A DNA stretch of 52,485 nt from an uncultured Clostridia bacterium (GCA_947630155.1 CANRGM010000001.1:1-52485); one strand, 5' to 3'. Positions 28,146 through 38,463 are shown, numbered from the stretch's first letter. The notes: generated by a model not told the origin, from the sequence alone. A program made the numbers and translations.

Positions 28146-29528
28146 TTATATTACTTTTTCTTTAATCTTTAACCAAATTTCATAAATGAACCATGTTGCA
28201 ATGCAAAAGAAACCAAACATAGTTGCATATACATATCTAGTCATAGATACTGGAATTGCCGGTGCTAAGCTAATCATATTAAATACAATTGGCAACAATA
28301 TTAAACATATTTTTTTATTTTTTCTTAAAATGCTAATTACAATAATCATTACAATACTTAAATACATCCATAATGCTGGTCTCATTGTTATTGTTTCGTA
28401 TTTGCTAGATTGATATTTTATTTCAGCATTCTTTAAAAATTCTAAAAGTTTTGGTATTTTCGAATTTTCATTCAAATTAGGATATATGTCTTTATATACC
28501 CATAAATCTGTTTCTACAAACATACCGACAGTATAAGCACCTTCAAAAGGTATTGGACTATATAAGAAGGAAGTTAAATGTATATAATGTTTTATTACTA
28601 CAGTTGGGTATTCTAATGCTTTTTTCAAACCAAACTTAAAATATTCATTCCCACTTTCCTTTAATTTTTCTATATTTTGTGTATTAATACTATAATCCAT
28701 ATTATATGGATTATATGTTTCCTTTAATTTGTCTATATCAACATATTGAGATAGAAATTCTAGTTCTTCTTCTGTAAATTCAACTCCATCTGTATTTAAC
28801 ATTCTTGCCATTATATGTGAAATCGGTCCATATTTATTTGCATAGCTATTTTTTTGAATGTTAAGTACCTTAAACCCTACTGTTGTCATTAAAATATATA
28901 TTATAAACCAACTAACAAAGACAATATATGAAAGTTTCTGTTTTCTATGCAATAAAATTAGTACAATGCCTGTTAATGCTACAACTAAAATACCATTATG
29001 TCTAAATAAAGATATCACTAAGCAGACTAATAATAAAAATATGCATTTCTTTTTGTTCTCAAAAAATGTTTTATCATTTATTATATCAATTATTATTGCT
29101 GTAAATAATATTACAAAAGTTGAATATAATGTATCCTTGAGAAGTGTTACTGCAAAATTATAGTTTAAAGGTACAATAGCAAAAATTATGGAAGCTATTA
29201 TAAGAAAGTATCTATTTATTTTATAGTATTTCTCTAATCTGTTGAAAAAGAAACCAATAGTTAATGACATTATTAAACATTGCACCCATAATACAAATCC
29301 TGGATTATTCCATATTTTAGTTAATAGAAAAATATATATTGTATTATAGGCTGGATGCCAATCATCAAATACTCCTACTTGTGTTTGATTCCACTGTACC
29401 ATAGAATCACTTACTAATATGCCAGGCCAGTATGCCAATAAAACTATAGTTAATATACAAAATACTGGTGTAGCATATATTAAAGTACTAGGTATTTTTA
29501 TATTTTTTATTTTACTGACTAATGTCAT
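28146..29528 (-). CDS. polytopic membrane protein, GT-C-like (candidate extracytoplasmic glycosyltransferase)
   Basis: 460 aa with about 12 TM helices. The first loop has WPGILVSDSMVQWNQTQVGVFDDWHPAY. A soluble insert of about 120 aa lies between the TM bundles. Confidence 0.5.
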   Translation of the reverse strand: MTLVSKIKNIKIPSTLIYATPVFCILTIVLLAYWPGILVSDSMVQWNQTQVGVFDDWHPAYNTIYIFLLTKIWNNPGFVLWVQCLIMSLTIGFFFNRLEKYYKINRYFLIIASIIFAIVPLNYNFAVTLLKDTLYSTFVILFTAIIIDIINDKTFFENKKKCIFLLLVCLVISLFRHNGILVVALTGIVLILLHRKQKLSYIVFVSWFIIYILMTTVGFKVLNIQKNSYANKYGPISHIMARMLNTDGVEFTEEELEFLSQYVDIDKLKETYNPYNMDYSINTQNIEKLKESGNEYFKFGLKKALEYPTVVIKHYIHLTSFLYSPIPFEGAYTVGMFVETDLWVYKDIYPNLNENSKIPKLLEFLKNAEIKYQSSKYETITMRPALWMYLSIVMIIVISILRKNKKICLILLPIVFNMISLAPAIPVSMTRYVYATMFGFFCIATWFIYEIWLKIKEKVI

Positions 29529-29532
29529 TATA

Positions 29533-30825
29533 TTAATTTCCTCCCTCCAATAGTTGAATAATATTTTCTGATTTTTGTTTCCATGTATTTTCTTTTGCTT
29601 CTTTCATTAATAATTTTTTATATTCTTCATCTTTATCTAATTCCAAAACATCAGGTATTTTATTAATAAATTCTTCATGAGAATTTGCTATGTTTACACT
29701 TTTATATTTTTTACATTCTTTCATTGCTGTAGTCAAAATAGGCTTTTGAGTTGCCATATATTCAAATAATTTTACTGGTGAAGTAGATTCTGTTATTTCG
29801 TTTATTAAAAAAGGTATTGTTAATAAATCTAATTTTGATGAATATTTAATCAAATCTTTATAATCAATTTTTCCTAAATAATAAACATTAGTATTATCTA
29901 GTAATTTACTTTTTTCTAATGAATCATCGTATTTTAATCCTATTAGAACTATAGCATAATTTGGATATTTAATAGCAACTTTATTCATTAACTCATAATC
30001 AAACCATTTAGCAAGAGCACCATAATATCCTATTAATTTATCATATTTTGTTTTTAATTCATTTATTATTTCAGGGGTTTCTTCCTTTGGGTCAATAACG
30101 AAATCATTTAATGTTACTCCATTAGTTGCTAAAATGAAATTCTTTTTTCTTGTTTGTTTTACATCATTATATAGCTTGTCTGCTGTAGTAACAATATAAC
30201 AATTCTCATTTTTCATTATAAAATTGTGTTTATCCCAGAAGTCTTTAGGTACACTTTGTGTTATATCTTCATGTATTTCATCTATATATTCATATAAAAT
30301 TTTATCTTTCCTATCTAAAGCTTCTGTAACTATATTTAATTTAGAGACAATGTCTGTAGAGTATAAATGTATAATTCTCTTATCAGTTTTTATGTTTTCA
30401 GTTAAAAATTTATATGCTGTTGTTACATATAAATTATCTTTAATTTTTTCATATATATTCACTTTATCATACATACAATTTGCTGTACAAAAGAAGTATA
30501 ATACATCTCCTCTATCTGCTAATTCAAGGGCAATTTGCTGTGGTCTTTGGAATATTGGTAAATTCCATTCTGTGTATGGATAAAAAACAAAAATATATTT
30601 ATATTTTTTATCTTTGCACAAGTTTTCCAAAAATTCATACTTCTCATTTTTCTTATTTAATTCTTTTTCCTCTTTCTTTTGAGTCATACTTCTATCTATG
30701 TCATCAAATTTTTTAAAAATTTTATATGCTATTTTCTTTAACAGCTTAACCATAAATCCTAAAAATCCGTATTTTTTTAATGCATTTATTATTCTTCCCA
30801 TAATTCTCTCCTTAAATATTTTCAT
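29533..30825 (-). CDS. TuaH-like GT-B glycosyltransferase, paralogue B
   Basis: 430 aa. It is collinear with 26827-28122 and shares long identical runs (IGYYGALAKWFDY, YDDSLEKSKL, TSPVKLFEYMA, TTAMKECKKY, KEAKENTW). Confidence 0.7.
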   Translation of the reverse strand: MKIFKERIMGRIINALKKYGFLGFMVKLLKKIAYKIFKKFDDIDRSMTQKKEEKELNKKNEKYEFLENLCKDKKYKYIFVFYPYTEWNLPIFQRPQQIALELADRGDVLYFFCTANCMYDKVNIYEKIKDNLYVTTAYKFLTENIKTDKRIIHLYSTDIVSKLNIVTEALDRKDKILYEYIDEIHEDITQSVPKDFWDKHNFIMKNENCYIVTTADKLYNDVKQTRKKNFILATNGVTLNDFVIDPKEETPEIINELKTKYDKLIGYYGALAKWFDYELMNKVAIKYPNYAIVLIGLKYDDSLEKSKLLDNTNVYYLGKIDYKDLIKYSSKLDLLTIPFLINEITESTSPVKLFEYMATQKPILTTAMKECKKYKSVNIANSHEEFINKIPDVLELDKDEEYKKLLMKEAKENTWKQKSENIIQLLEGGN

Positions 30826-30838
30826 TATCCTTATGTTT

Positions 30839-31576
30839 TTATTGTCTTAACATTTGTTCTTCATACTTATCACATATATCATTTGGGTCACCAACCATTT
30901 TTATGCTTCCATTTTCTAACCATACAACCGTATTACATAACTCTCTTATTTGTGTTATATCGTGTGATACAAATAAAACTGTAGTTCCCTTACTAATCAT
31001 ATTTTTCATTTTTTTCTCACTCTTTTGTTTAAATGCTATATCTCCAACAGACAAAACTTCATCTACTATAAGTATCTCTGGTTCTACTATCGTAGCTATA
31101 GAGAAAGCTAAACGCGTTACCATACCAGAAGAAAAGTTTTTTACTGGCACATTAATAAAGTCTTTTAGTTCAGAAAATTCAATGATTTCATCCATTTTCT
31201 GATTTATAAAATCTTTTGAATATCCTAAAATTGCACCATTTAAATAAATGTTTTCTTTTGCTGTAAGATCCATATCAAAACCTGCACCTAACTCTATCAT
31301 TGGACATATATTTCCATATCTTTCTACAGTACCTTTTGTTGGTTTCATGACACCAGCCACGACTTTTAATAATGTAGATTTTCCTGCGCCATTACATCCT
31401 ACAAATCCTACAACTTCACCTTTATTTACTTCAAGATTTATATCTTTTAATGCCCAAAACTCTTTTTTAGATTCTTTATTTTTATGCTTGAATAAATTTA
31501 TGAAAAACAATTTAAGTGAAAAATTTTTTTCTATTCCCAAATTAAATCTCATTGATACATTATTAATTTTTATCAT
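30839..31576 (-). CDS. tagH: polysaccharide/teichoic-acid export ABC transporter, ATP-binding protein (TagH/Wzt type, no C-terminal glycan-binding domain)
   Basis: Walker A GCNGAGKST, signature FSSGMVTRLAF, and Walker B ILIVDEVLSVGD. 245 aa. Confidence 0.9.
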   Translation of the reverse strand: MIKINNVSMRFNLGIEKNFSLKLFFINLFKHKNKESKKEFWALKDINLEVNKGEVVGFVGCNGAGKSTLLKVVAGVMKPTKGTVERYGNICPMIELGAGFDMDLTAKENIYLNGAILGYSKDFINQKMDEIIEFSELKDFINVPVKNFSSGMVTRLAFSIATIVEPEILIVDEVLSVGDIAFKQKSEKKMKNMISKGTTVLFVSHDITQIRELCNTVVWLENGSIKMVGDPNDICDKYEEQMLRQ

Positions 31577-31584
31577 ATTTCCTC

Positions 31585-32373
31585 CTAAATATAGTATATA
31601 AATTTATCTTGATTCTTTTTAAATACTAGAACACCTATAATTAGAGTAATAATAGCAGTTCCAGCACATACTGCAAATGCGAATGGAGATGGAATTTTAT
31701 TATACAAAATAATTGTTCTTGCAAAATCAATATAATGATATAAAGGATTTAGTTTAAAGTATACTTGTAATTCTTGTGATATCATACTTATATCATACAT
31801 AATAGGAGTTATATACATCCAAAGTGTCATAATAATACCATATATGTAAAACATATCTCTTAAGAATACAGATATTGCGGATAAAATTAATCCTACTCCC
31901 ATTGTAAAAACAAATAAACATATAAAAGCATATGGTAATAATAAGTGATATATATTTAAAGGTGTACCAGTTATAAATATGATTAAATACAGTGGAATTA
32001 ATGTTAGTAAAAAGTTAATTCCAACAAATAAACATTTTGAAATTGGAAATATATATTTCGGAATATATATTTTGTTTATTAGTGAAAAATTTGCAACTAC
32101 TGAACTCATAGCTAAATTGGATGCTTCACTAAAATAATTAAACATTACCAATCCAGTAAGAAGATATACTAAATAATTAACGCCTGGTGTACTAAATTTA
32201 AATATATTAGAAAATACTAAAGCCATAACAGTCATTGTTAGTAATGGGTATAATAAACTCCATAACACACCTAGAAAAGATCTTTTATATTTTACTTTAA
32301 AATCCCTGCTAATTAACTGATTTAATAGAAATCTATATTTTTTTAAACTTAAACAAATATTTTTTATATACAT
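31585..32373 (-). CDS. tagG: ABC-2 type polysaccharide/teichoic-acid export permease (TagG/Wzm type)
   Basis: Six-TM ABC-2 permease pattern (DFKVKYKRSFLGVLWSLL). The ATG at 32373 is preferred (AGAGGAGGT RBS). Confidence 0.85.
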   Translation of the reverse strand: MYIKNICLSLKKYRFLLNQLISRDFKVKYKRSFLGVLWSLLYPLLTMTVMALVFSNIFKFSTPGVNYLVYLLTGLVMFNYFSEASNLAMSSVVANFSLINKIYIPKYIFPISKCLFVGINFLLTLIPLYLIIFITGTPLNIYHLLLPYAFICLFVFTMGVGLILSAISVFLRDMFYIYGIIMTLWMYITPIMYDISMISQELQVYFKLNPLYHYIDFARTIILYNKIPSPFAFAVCAGTAIITLIIGVLVFKKNQDKFIYYI

Positions 32374-32393
32374 TTTTACCTCCTCTAACATCA

Positions 32394-33869
32394 TCATGTA
32401 GTATATAACTTATAATATAATATTGCAAAATATATTGTAAAACTTAAACTGTTTAATAAATTACCTGAATTATATGCAATTCCAAAAATCATAGCTATTG
32501 TAATTATACTTAAAAGATTGCTGGTTGAACATACTTTGAATTTGCTTTTTATTACCTTATAAATATATAAAAATATTAGTGCAAAATATGGGAAGAAAAT
32601 TATTACACATCCTACAATTCCTAAAGCATAATATTGCTCTATAAAATCTTGTTCGATGTTAAAAATATTTTGCAATCTAGTATGTGTTATTCCCAAAAGT
32701 TTGTCAAATTTATTGTTATTTATTTCTACTACCCTTTTTATCATTGCTTTTTCAATATATCTATAGTCAGTTCTATTATAAATGTCTTGATTTAATATAC
32801 TAATCCAAAAATCAGGATCATACTGATATGGATAGCTATTTAGAATAAATTGCTCATGAATATTTTTATTTCTATAATTTTCTTCAATGTAATTTATCTT
32901 GCTATCTTTCTCTATATTATCATTCTTCTCTTCTGTATTTTCTATATCATCTACATTATTAATTATATTATTGCTATCAACTTGTACAGTTAGATCCTGT
33001 TGATTATTCATTTCATATATTCTATTGAACATTGGATTTAGTGGTAATATTAAAACATAAATTATTGCTATTATTATTATACAATAAAAATCTTTTATTT
33101 TTTTCTTATCTGCATTATTTTTTTTCATTATACATATAATAAATGTAGTATAAATAAATACCAGTACAACACCTATTACCGCTACTCTTGTACTTAATAA
33201 GATTAATGCTATTATATCTATTAATAATACTGCTATATTGGTTACACTTTTTTTCTTAAAGCTCTCATATATTATAAAAGGCAAAAACATTAATAATATT
33301 GCACTTATTTGATTAGCATACTCAAATAAACCTTTAGATGCTAAATCCTTATATGTATATTTTTCAACATTATTAAACCATTTGAAAAAATTACCTTTTA
33401 TAATATCGTCACTATAACTCCCATAAGAGATTCCTAACAAATTTGTTATAATAATAATTAATCCTATAGTCAGTACAATTACTTTAATAATTTTATCTAT
33501 TTTTTCATTTTGAATATTAGATTTTATTAATATATATATTAACAAAATAGGAATTATCATTTTAATAAAATATGTAATTTCTTTAACTAATGAATAATTA
33601 AAATTATTAGGTATCACAGATGTAAAGTTAGTTGCATTTATATGATGTGCTATTATATATAATACTATAACACTGACATATGTAATAAGTATATTTTTTT
33701 TCTTACTTTTATCCTTGACAAAGTATATTAGGAAAATTATCCCAATTATAATTGTTCTAATCAATGTAGATATTGAGTTATAGAACACCTTTAAATCAAA
33801 AATAGGTTGTATTACAAGAAATATTATTATAAAATATTCCATAAATTTTTCTATTTTATTTTTTTCCAT
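32394..33869 (-). CDS. O-antigen ligase/polymerase-like (Wzy_C-type) polytopic membrane protein with a large external loop
   Basis: 491 aa with more than 10 TM helices. A hydrophilic loop of about 130 aa lies before the last helices. Family assignment rests on topology and pattern only. Confidence 0.5.
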   Translation of the reverse strand: MEKNKIEKFMEYFIIIFLVIQPIFDLKVFYNSISTLIRTIIIGIIFLIYFVKDKSKKKNILITYVSVIVLYIIAHHINATNFTSVIPNNFNYSLVKEITYFIKMIIPILLIYILIKSNIQNEKIDKIIKVIVLTIGLIIIITNLLGISYGSYSDDIIKGNFFKWFNNVEKYTYKDLASKGLFEYANQISAILLMFLPFIIYESFKKKSVTNIAVLLIDIIALILLSTRVAVIGVVLVFIYTTFIICIMKKNNADKKKIKDFYCIIIIAIIYVLILPLNPMFNRIYEMNNQQDLTVQVDSNNIINNVDDIENTEEKNDNIEKDSKINYIEENYRNKNIHEQFILNSYPYQYDPDFWISILNQDIYNRTDYRYIEKAMIKRVVEINNNKFDKLLGITHTRLQNIFNIEQDFIEQYYALGIVGCVIIFFPYFALIFLYIYKVIKSKFKVCSTSNLLSIITIAMIFGIAYNSGNLLNSLSFTIYFAILYYKLYTT

Positions 33870-33885
33870 AAATCACCTTATTATT

Positions 33886-34575
33886 TCATTTTTCAATAAT
33901 TATATTATCATATCCTATAAATAATCCTGATTCAATAACACCAACAATAGACTTTAACTTTCCTTCTAAATTTTCATCTATTTTATTAAACATTACATCT
34001 AATATAAAATTACCATTTTCAGTAATTATTGGTCCATCTTTTCCTTTTCCTGTTCTTAATTTTATATATTCAATATCCAACTTTGAGATTTCTTCTATCA
34101 CGTAGTTTAACGCATCTGGACAACATTCTATTGGAACTGGATTTTTACTACATAATTTTGATACAATTTTTGTTTCATCAACCAATATATATACAATCTT
34201 TGAATTCTTTATGTTCAACTTTTCTTTGAACATAGCTGCTCCTCTACCCTTTATAAGCCAATTATTACCATCAACTTCATCAGCCCCATCAAAAGACCAG
34301 TCTGGTTTCTTTTCATTTAAAGATGCAGTTGGAATGTTATAATATGCACATAGCATTTTTATTTCATATGAGGTTGGAATAGCTGTTATATTTATATTTT
34401 CCTTTTTTATCTTATTGGCAATTTCACATACAGTAAGATATGAGGTTGAACCTGAACCAAATCCAATTATATCTCCATCTTTTACTCTTTCTGCAATTTT
34501 CTTAGCTATTTTTTGTTTTGCTTCTTTATTTGGTATATCATTATAAAAATTTAAATTATACTCTATTTCTTGCAT
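33886..34575 (-). CDS. rpiA: ribose-5-phosphate isomerase A
   Basis: Carries GFGSGSTS, DGADEVD and KGRGAA motifs. The ATG at 34575 is preferred (GGGAGGA RBS). Confidence 0.85.
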   Translation of the reverse strand: MQEIEYNLNFYNDIPNKEAKQKIAKKIAERVKDGDIIGFGSGSTSYLTVCEIANKIKKENINITAIPTSYEIKMLCAYYNIPTASLNEKKPDWSFDGADEVDGNNWLIKGRGAAMFKEKLNIKNSKIVYILVDETKIVSKLCSKNPVPIECCPDALNYVIEEISKLDIEYIKLRTGKGKDGPIITENGNFILDVMFNKIDENLEGKLKSIVGVIESGLFIGYDNIIIEK

Positions 34576-34606
34576 TATAACTTGTCCTCCCTGTTTAATC
34601 ACATAA

Positions 34607-35542
34607 TTAAGAAATTTTCTTTAATATGCAAATTTGATTTAATTGTAATTCAAATAATTGTCTATGTTTTTTTACTATAACCTGCAATATTATTCCTGCT
34701 ATACTTAATAATAAGCTTATAATTAATGAAATACTTGCTACAATTAAAGAAGGAAAACGTGGTACTAATCCCGTATTCCAGTAATCTATAAATACTGGAA
34801 TGTATAATATTATTGATATTATGAAAAAGATTAATGAAATTGCATTAAAAAATAAACTAGGTTTATATTCTTTAAATAAAGTAGCTATAGTTTTTAATAC
34901 CCTTACCCCATCTTTATATGTGTTTAACTTTGATACGCTTCCTGCTGGTCTATCTCTATATTGTATAGGAATTTCTTTTAATGTGAAATTCTTATCTATG
35001 GCATGTATTGACATTTCAGTTTCAATTTCAAATCCTTTTGATAATACTGGAAATGATTTTACAAATTTGTAACTAAAGGCTCTATATCCAGTCATAATAT
35101 CGTTAATGTTGTTCTTGAATATTTTATTTATAAGCCATCTAACTATTTTATTTCCAAAATTATGAAATGGTCTTTTATTTTCTTGAAAATATGTTGATGA
35201 TAATCTATCTCCAATTACCATATCCACATTATCATTTAATACATAGTCACACATTTCTATTGCACTTTCAGCAGGATATGTGTCATCACCATCAATCATC
35301 AAATAACAATCAGCTTCTATATCTCTAAACATTGATCTAATTACATTACCTTTGCCTTGCTTAGTTTCATATCTTACTATAGCACCTGCTCTTTTTGCAA
35401 TTTCATCTGTTCCATCTTTAGAATTATTATCATATACATATATATCAGCTTCTGGTAAAACCATACTATAATCTTTTATTACTTTTTCTATTGTTTTACT
35501 TTCATTATAACATGGAATTAATATAGCAATTTTTCCTTTCAT
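34607..35542 (-). CDS. GT2 polyprenyl-phosphate glycosyltransferase (GtrB/DPM1-like), second copy in the window
   Basis: Carries ILIPCYNE, YDNNSKDGT and MIDGDDTYP motifs, plus two C-terminal TM helices. Confidence 0.8.
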   Translation of the reverse strand: MKGKIAILIPCYNESKTIEKVIKDYSMVLPEADIYVYDNNSKDGTDEIAKRAGAIVRYETKQGKGNVIRSMFRDIEADCYLMIDGDDTYPAESAIEMCDYVLNDNVDMVIGDRLSSTYFQENKRPFHNFGNKIVRWLINKIFKNNINDIMTGYRAFSYKFVKSFPVLSKGFEIETEMSIHAIDKNFTLKEIPIQYRDRPAGSVSKLNTYKDGVRVLKTIATLFKEYKPSLFFNAISLIFFIISIILYIPVFIDYWNTGLVPRFPSLIVASISLIISLLLSIAGIILQVIVKKHRQLFELQLNQICILKKIS

Positions 35543-35634
35543 TTTTTTCCCTTTCTATTCATAATTTTAGTTTTAGTGTTATTATAACCCATTTTTTACA
35601 TATTATGTCATATTTTTATTAATTTGTAAATATT

Positions 35635-36672
35635 TTATCTATATCCAGTCTTCTTTATAATACCTTCACTATATTCTTTAACTCTATCACTTACCTCATA
35701 ACCATCATTTCCAAACAATTCCTCATGTAATTTCTTAACATTACTTTCCAAAGTAACAGGAACACCATACCATCTATCTAATGTAATTCCTTTTACTTCA
35801 TATGGCCAGCCTATACTTGCAATAACATTATATTGTGCAACTTCTGGAATTAGTGATAAAATTTCAGATGAACCAACATTAGTATATACTTTTGGAAGTA
35901 AAATATCGGCTAAATTATTAAGTTTTCCTACACCTAAGGTTTTGATTTTATTGAATCCTGCATTTAAAACATCTCTCATTCTTTCGGTTCTTTTATAATC
36001 TCCACCTGCTGTGTAACGTATTCTTGAGTATGCTAATGCTTGAACTCCTGACAAATTTTGCGTTCCAGTTTTTGTAATTCTTGCAGTTTTTCTACCCATT
36101 TGCTGATCAACTGCACCAATGTAATCATTTATATATTTCAATTCATCAGATTCGATTGCAATATTTACTCCTCCAATTGTATCAATAATATCAACAACCG
36201 CATCAAAATTTACTGCAACAAATTCAGAAATATTTAAATCAAAGTTTTTATTTATAGTATTTATTGCTAGCTCAGGTCCACCATATGCATAAGCATGTGT
36301 TATTTTGTCATATCCATGTCCATCAATATTAACATAGGTATCCCTATATATTGAAGTTAACTTAACATCTTTAGTGTCTTGATTGATACTTGCAATAATT
36401 ATACAATCACTTCTGGTATTATCATATGTATTTGCCCTTGCATCAACCCCGAAAAGTACTATGTTTCTATAACCTTTTAATTGTTCAGAAACACCTTCAT
36501 TTATCTCTATATTTTCAATTTTTACATAATTTATTTTTGATAATTTACTATATGCCATCATAGTTACTGAAGCAAAAAATATAAGTAAAATAATTAATAA
36601 TACTAGTACCACTTTTAAAAATATTCTTAATCCACTATTTTTCTTTGATTTTTTATAAGATTTTTTTGACAT
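35635..36672 (-). CDS. LytR-CpsA-Psr (LCP) family glycopolymer-peptidoglycan ligase
   Basis: N-terminal TM anchor, then NIVLFGVDAR, RSDCIIIASI, LTSIYRDTYV and RIRYTAGGDYKRTERMRDV motifs. Confidence 0.85.
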   Translation of the reverse strand: MSKKSYKKSKKNSGLRIFLKVVLVLLIILLIFFASVTMMAYSKLSKINYVKIENIEINEGVSEQLKGYRNIVLFGVDARANTYDNTRSDCIIIASINQDTKDVKLTSIYRDTYVNIDGHGYDKITHAYAYGGPELAINTINKNFDLNISEFVAVNFDAVVDIIDTIGGVNIAIESDELKYINDYIGAVDQQMGRKTARITKTGTQNLSGVQALAYSRIRYTAGGDYKRTERMRDVLNAGFNKIKTLGVGKLNNLADILLPKVYTNVGSSEILSLIPEVAQYNVIASIGWPYEVKGITLDRWYGVPVTLESNVKKLHEELFGNDGYEVSDRVKEYSEGIIKKTGYR

Positions 36673-36754
36673 TATTACTTCCCTCTAAAATTTGTATTTA
36701 GATTTTTTATATAGGTAACCTATAAACCTTTTCCTTCGTTTTTATTTATTATTT

Positions 36755-37276
36755 TTATATTTCATTTATTCCTTTTCTATATCCATTTTTATATACTATA
36801 TAATATGATGTGTAAACAAGTGCCCCTACAACAGCTCCTGCTGAATCAATACATACATCTAAAGGCTGTCCAGTTCTTCCACTTACAAATGTTTGATGAT
36901 ATTCATCTGAAATTGCAAAACCTACACATAATATCATTGTAATTATTAGAGCTGCCCAATAATGTTTAATATTAAATAAAACATTCATAAATAATATTAT
37001 AAAAAACGACAATACTAAATATACTGAAGCATGCATTACTTTACGCATAGGAGCATTTATCAATTTAGAAACACGAGCTAGTTTTGATTCACTTGGATGT
37101 GAACTTGTTATTCCATATTCATTTGTTACATCCAAAGTATCTTCAATAAACATAGCTATTATATCTGTACTTTTTCCATTTGAATTTTGAGTATTCATTC
37201 CAGATAATTTATATATTAGTGCCATCCACCCAACTGCTAATGCTAATAGCACAATCACCAATATAGCTTTCTTCAT
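36755..37276 (-). CDS. VanZ-family membrane protein
   Basis: About 173 aa with four TM helices and KVMHASVYLVLSFF and SDEYHQTFVSGR motifs. The ATG at 37276 is preferred over the TTG at 37306. Confidence 0.65.
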   Translation of the reverse strand: MKKAILVIVLLALAVGWMALIYKLSGMNTQNSNGKSTDIIAMFIEDTLDVTNEYGITSSHPSESKLARVSKLINAPMRKVMHASVYLVLSFFIILFMNVLFNIKHYWAALIITMILCVGFAISDEYHQTFVSGRTGQPLDVCIDSAGAVVGALVYTSYYIVYKNGYRKGINEI

Positions 37277-37332
37277 AATTATACACACTCCTTTCAGTTT
37301 GGTCAATTGATTATTATCTAAAATATAAATTA

Positions 37333-38463
37333 TTATTTAAGTTCTTTTCTAACACAATTTAATGCTTCCAATATTATTTTATCCATATCATAATATTTAT
37401 ATTGACCTAGCCTTCCCCCAAATATAACCTTAGAATCTTGTTTTGCTAATTCTTCATATTTTTTATATAAATTATTATTCTTTTCATTATTTATAGGATA
37501 ATATGGTTCTTTACCTTGCACCCATGTATCAGAATATTCCCTTGAAATTATAGTTTTTTCTTTAGTTTCACCTTCCGCTTCTTTACCCAAGCTTGCACCA
37601 TATTCAAAATGCTTATGCTCAATTATTCTAGTATATGGAACTTCATATTCTGTATAATTTACAACCGCATTTCCTTGATAATTTTCTTCATCTAAAACCT
37701 CTGTTTCAAAACGAACACTTCTATATTGTAACTCTCCAAATTTATAATCATAATACTGATCAATAGGACCTGTAAATACTATTTTTTTAGCAATATTCTC
37801 AAGCTCTTCTTTGTGTTCGAAATAATCACAATTAAGTTGTACTTCAATTCCCGCAAGCATTTTCTCAATTATTTTAGTATAGCCACCTATTGGAATCCCT
37901 TGATATAAATTATTAAAATAATTATTATCATAGATAAATCTAACTGGTAATCTTTTTATGATAAAACTTGGCAATTCAGTTGCTTTTTGTCCCCATTGTT
38001 TTTCCGTATAACCCTTAACAAGTTTTTCATATATTGTTTTTCCTACCAAACTGATTGCTTGTTCTTCTAAATTTTTAGGTTCTGTTATTCCTGCTTCTTT
38101 CTTTTCTTTCTCGATTTTTGCTTTTGCCTCTTGAGGTGTTACAACTCCCCATAATTTGTTGAATGTATTCATATTAAACGGCATATTATACAGCTCATCT
38201 TTGTACCTTGCAACTGGAGAATTTGTATATCTATTAAATGTTGCAAATTGATTTATATAATCCCATACTTCTTGGTTACTTGTATGAAATATGTGAGCAC
38301 CATATTTATGAACATTAATTCCATATTGTTCATATGTATATATATTCCCTGCTATGTTTGGGCGCTTGTCTATTACTAAGCATTTTTTTCCTTTTTTGTT
38401 GGCTTCATAAGCAAATATTGAACCAAATAGTCCTGCGCCTACTATTAGGTAGTCGTATTGCAT
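37333..38463 (-). CDS. glf: UDP-galactopyranose mutase
   Basis: YDYLIVGAGLFGS FAD fold, with HKYGAHIFHT and GRLGQYKYYDMD motifs. 376 aa. Confidence 0.9.
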   Translation of the reverse strand: MQYDYLIVGAGLFGSIFAYEANKKGKKCLVIDKRPNIAGNIYTYEQYGINVHKYGAHIFHTSNQEVWDYINQFATFNRYTNSPVARYKDELYNMPFNMNTFNKLWGVVTPQEAKAKIEKEKKEAGITEPKNLEEQAISLVGKTIYEKLVKGYTEKQWGQKATELPSFIIKRLPVRFIYDNNYFNNLYQGIPIGGYTKIIEKMLAGIEVQLNCDYFEHKEELENIAKKIVFTGPIDQYYDYKFGELQYRSVRFETEVLDEENYQGNAVVNYTEYEVPYTRIIEHKHFEYGASLGKEAEGETKEKTIISREYSDTWVQGKEPYYPINNEKNNNLYKKYEELAKQDSKVIFGGRLGQYKYYDMDKIILEALNCVRKELK

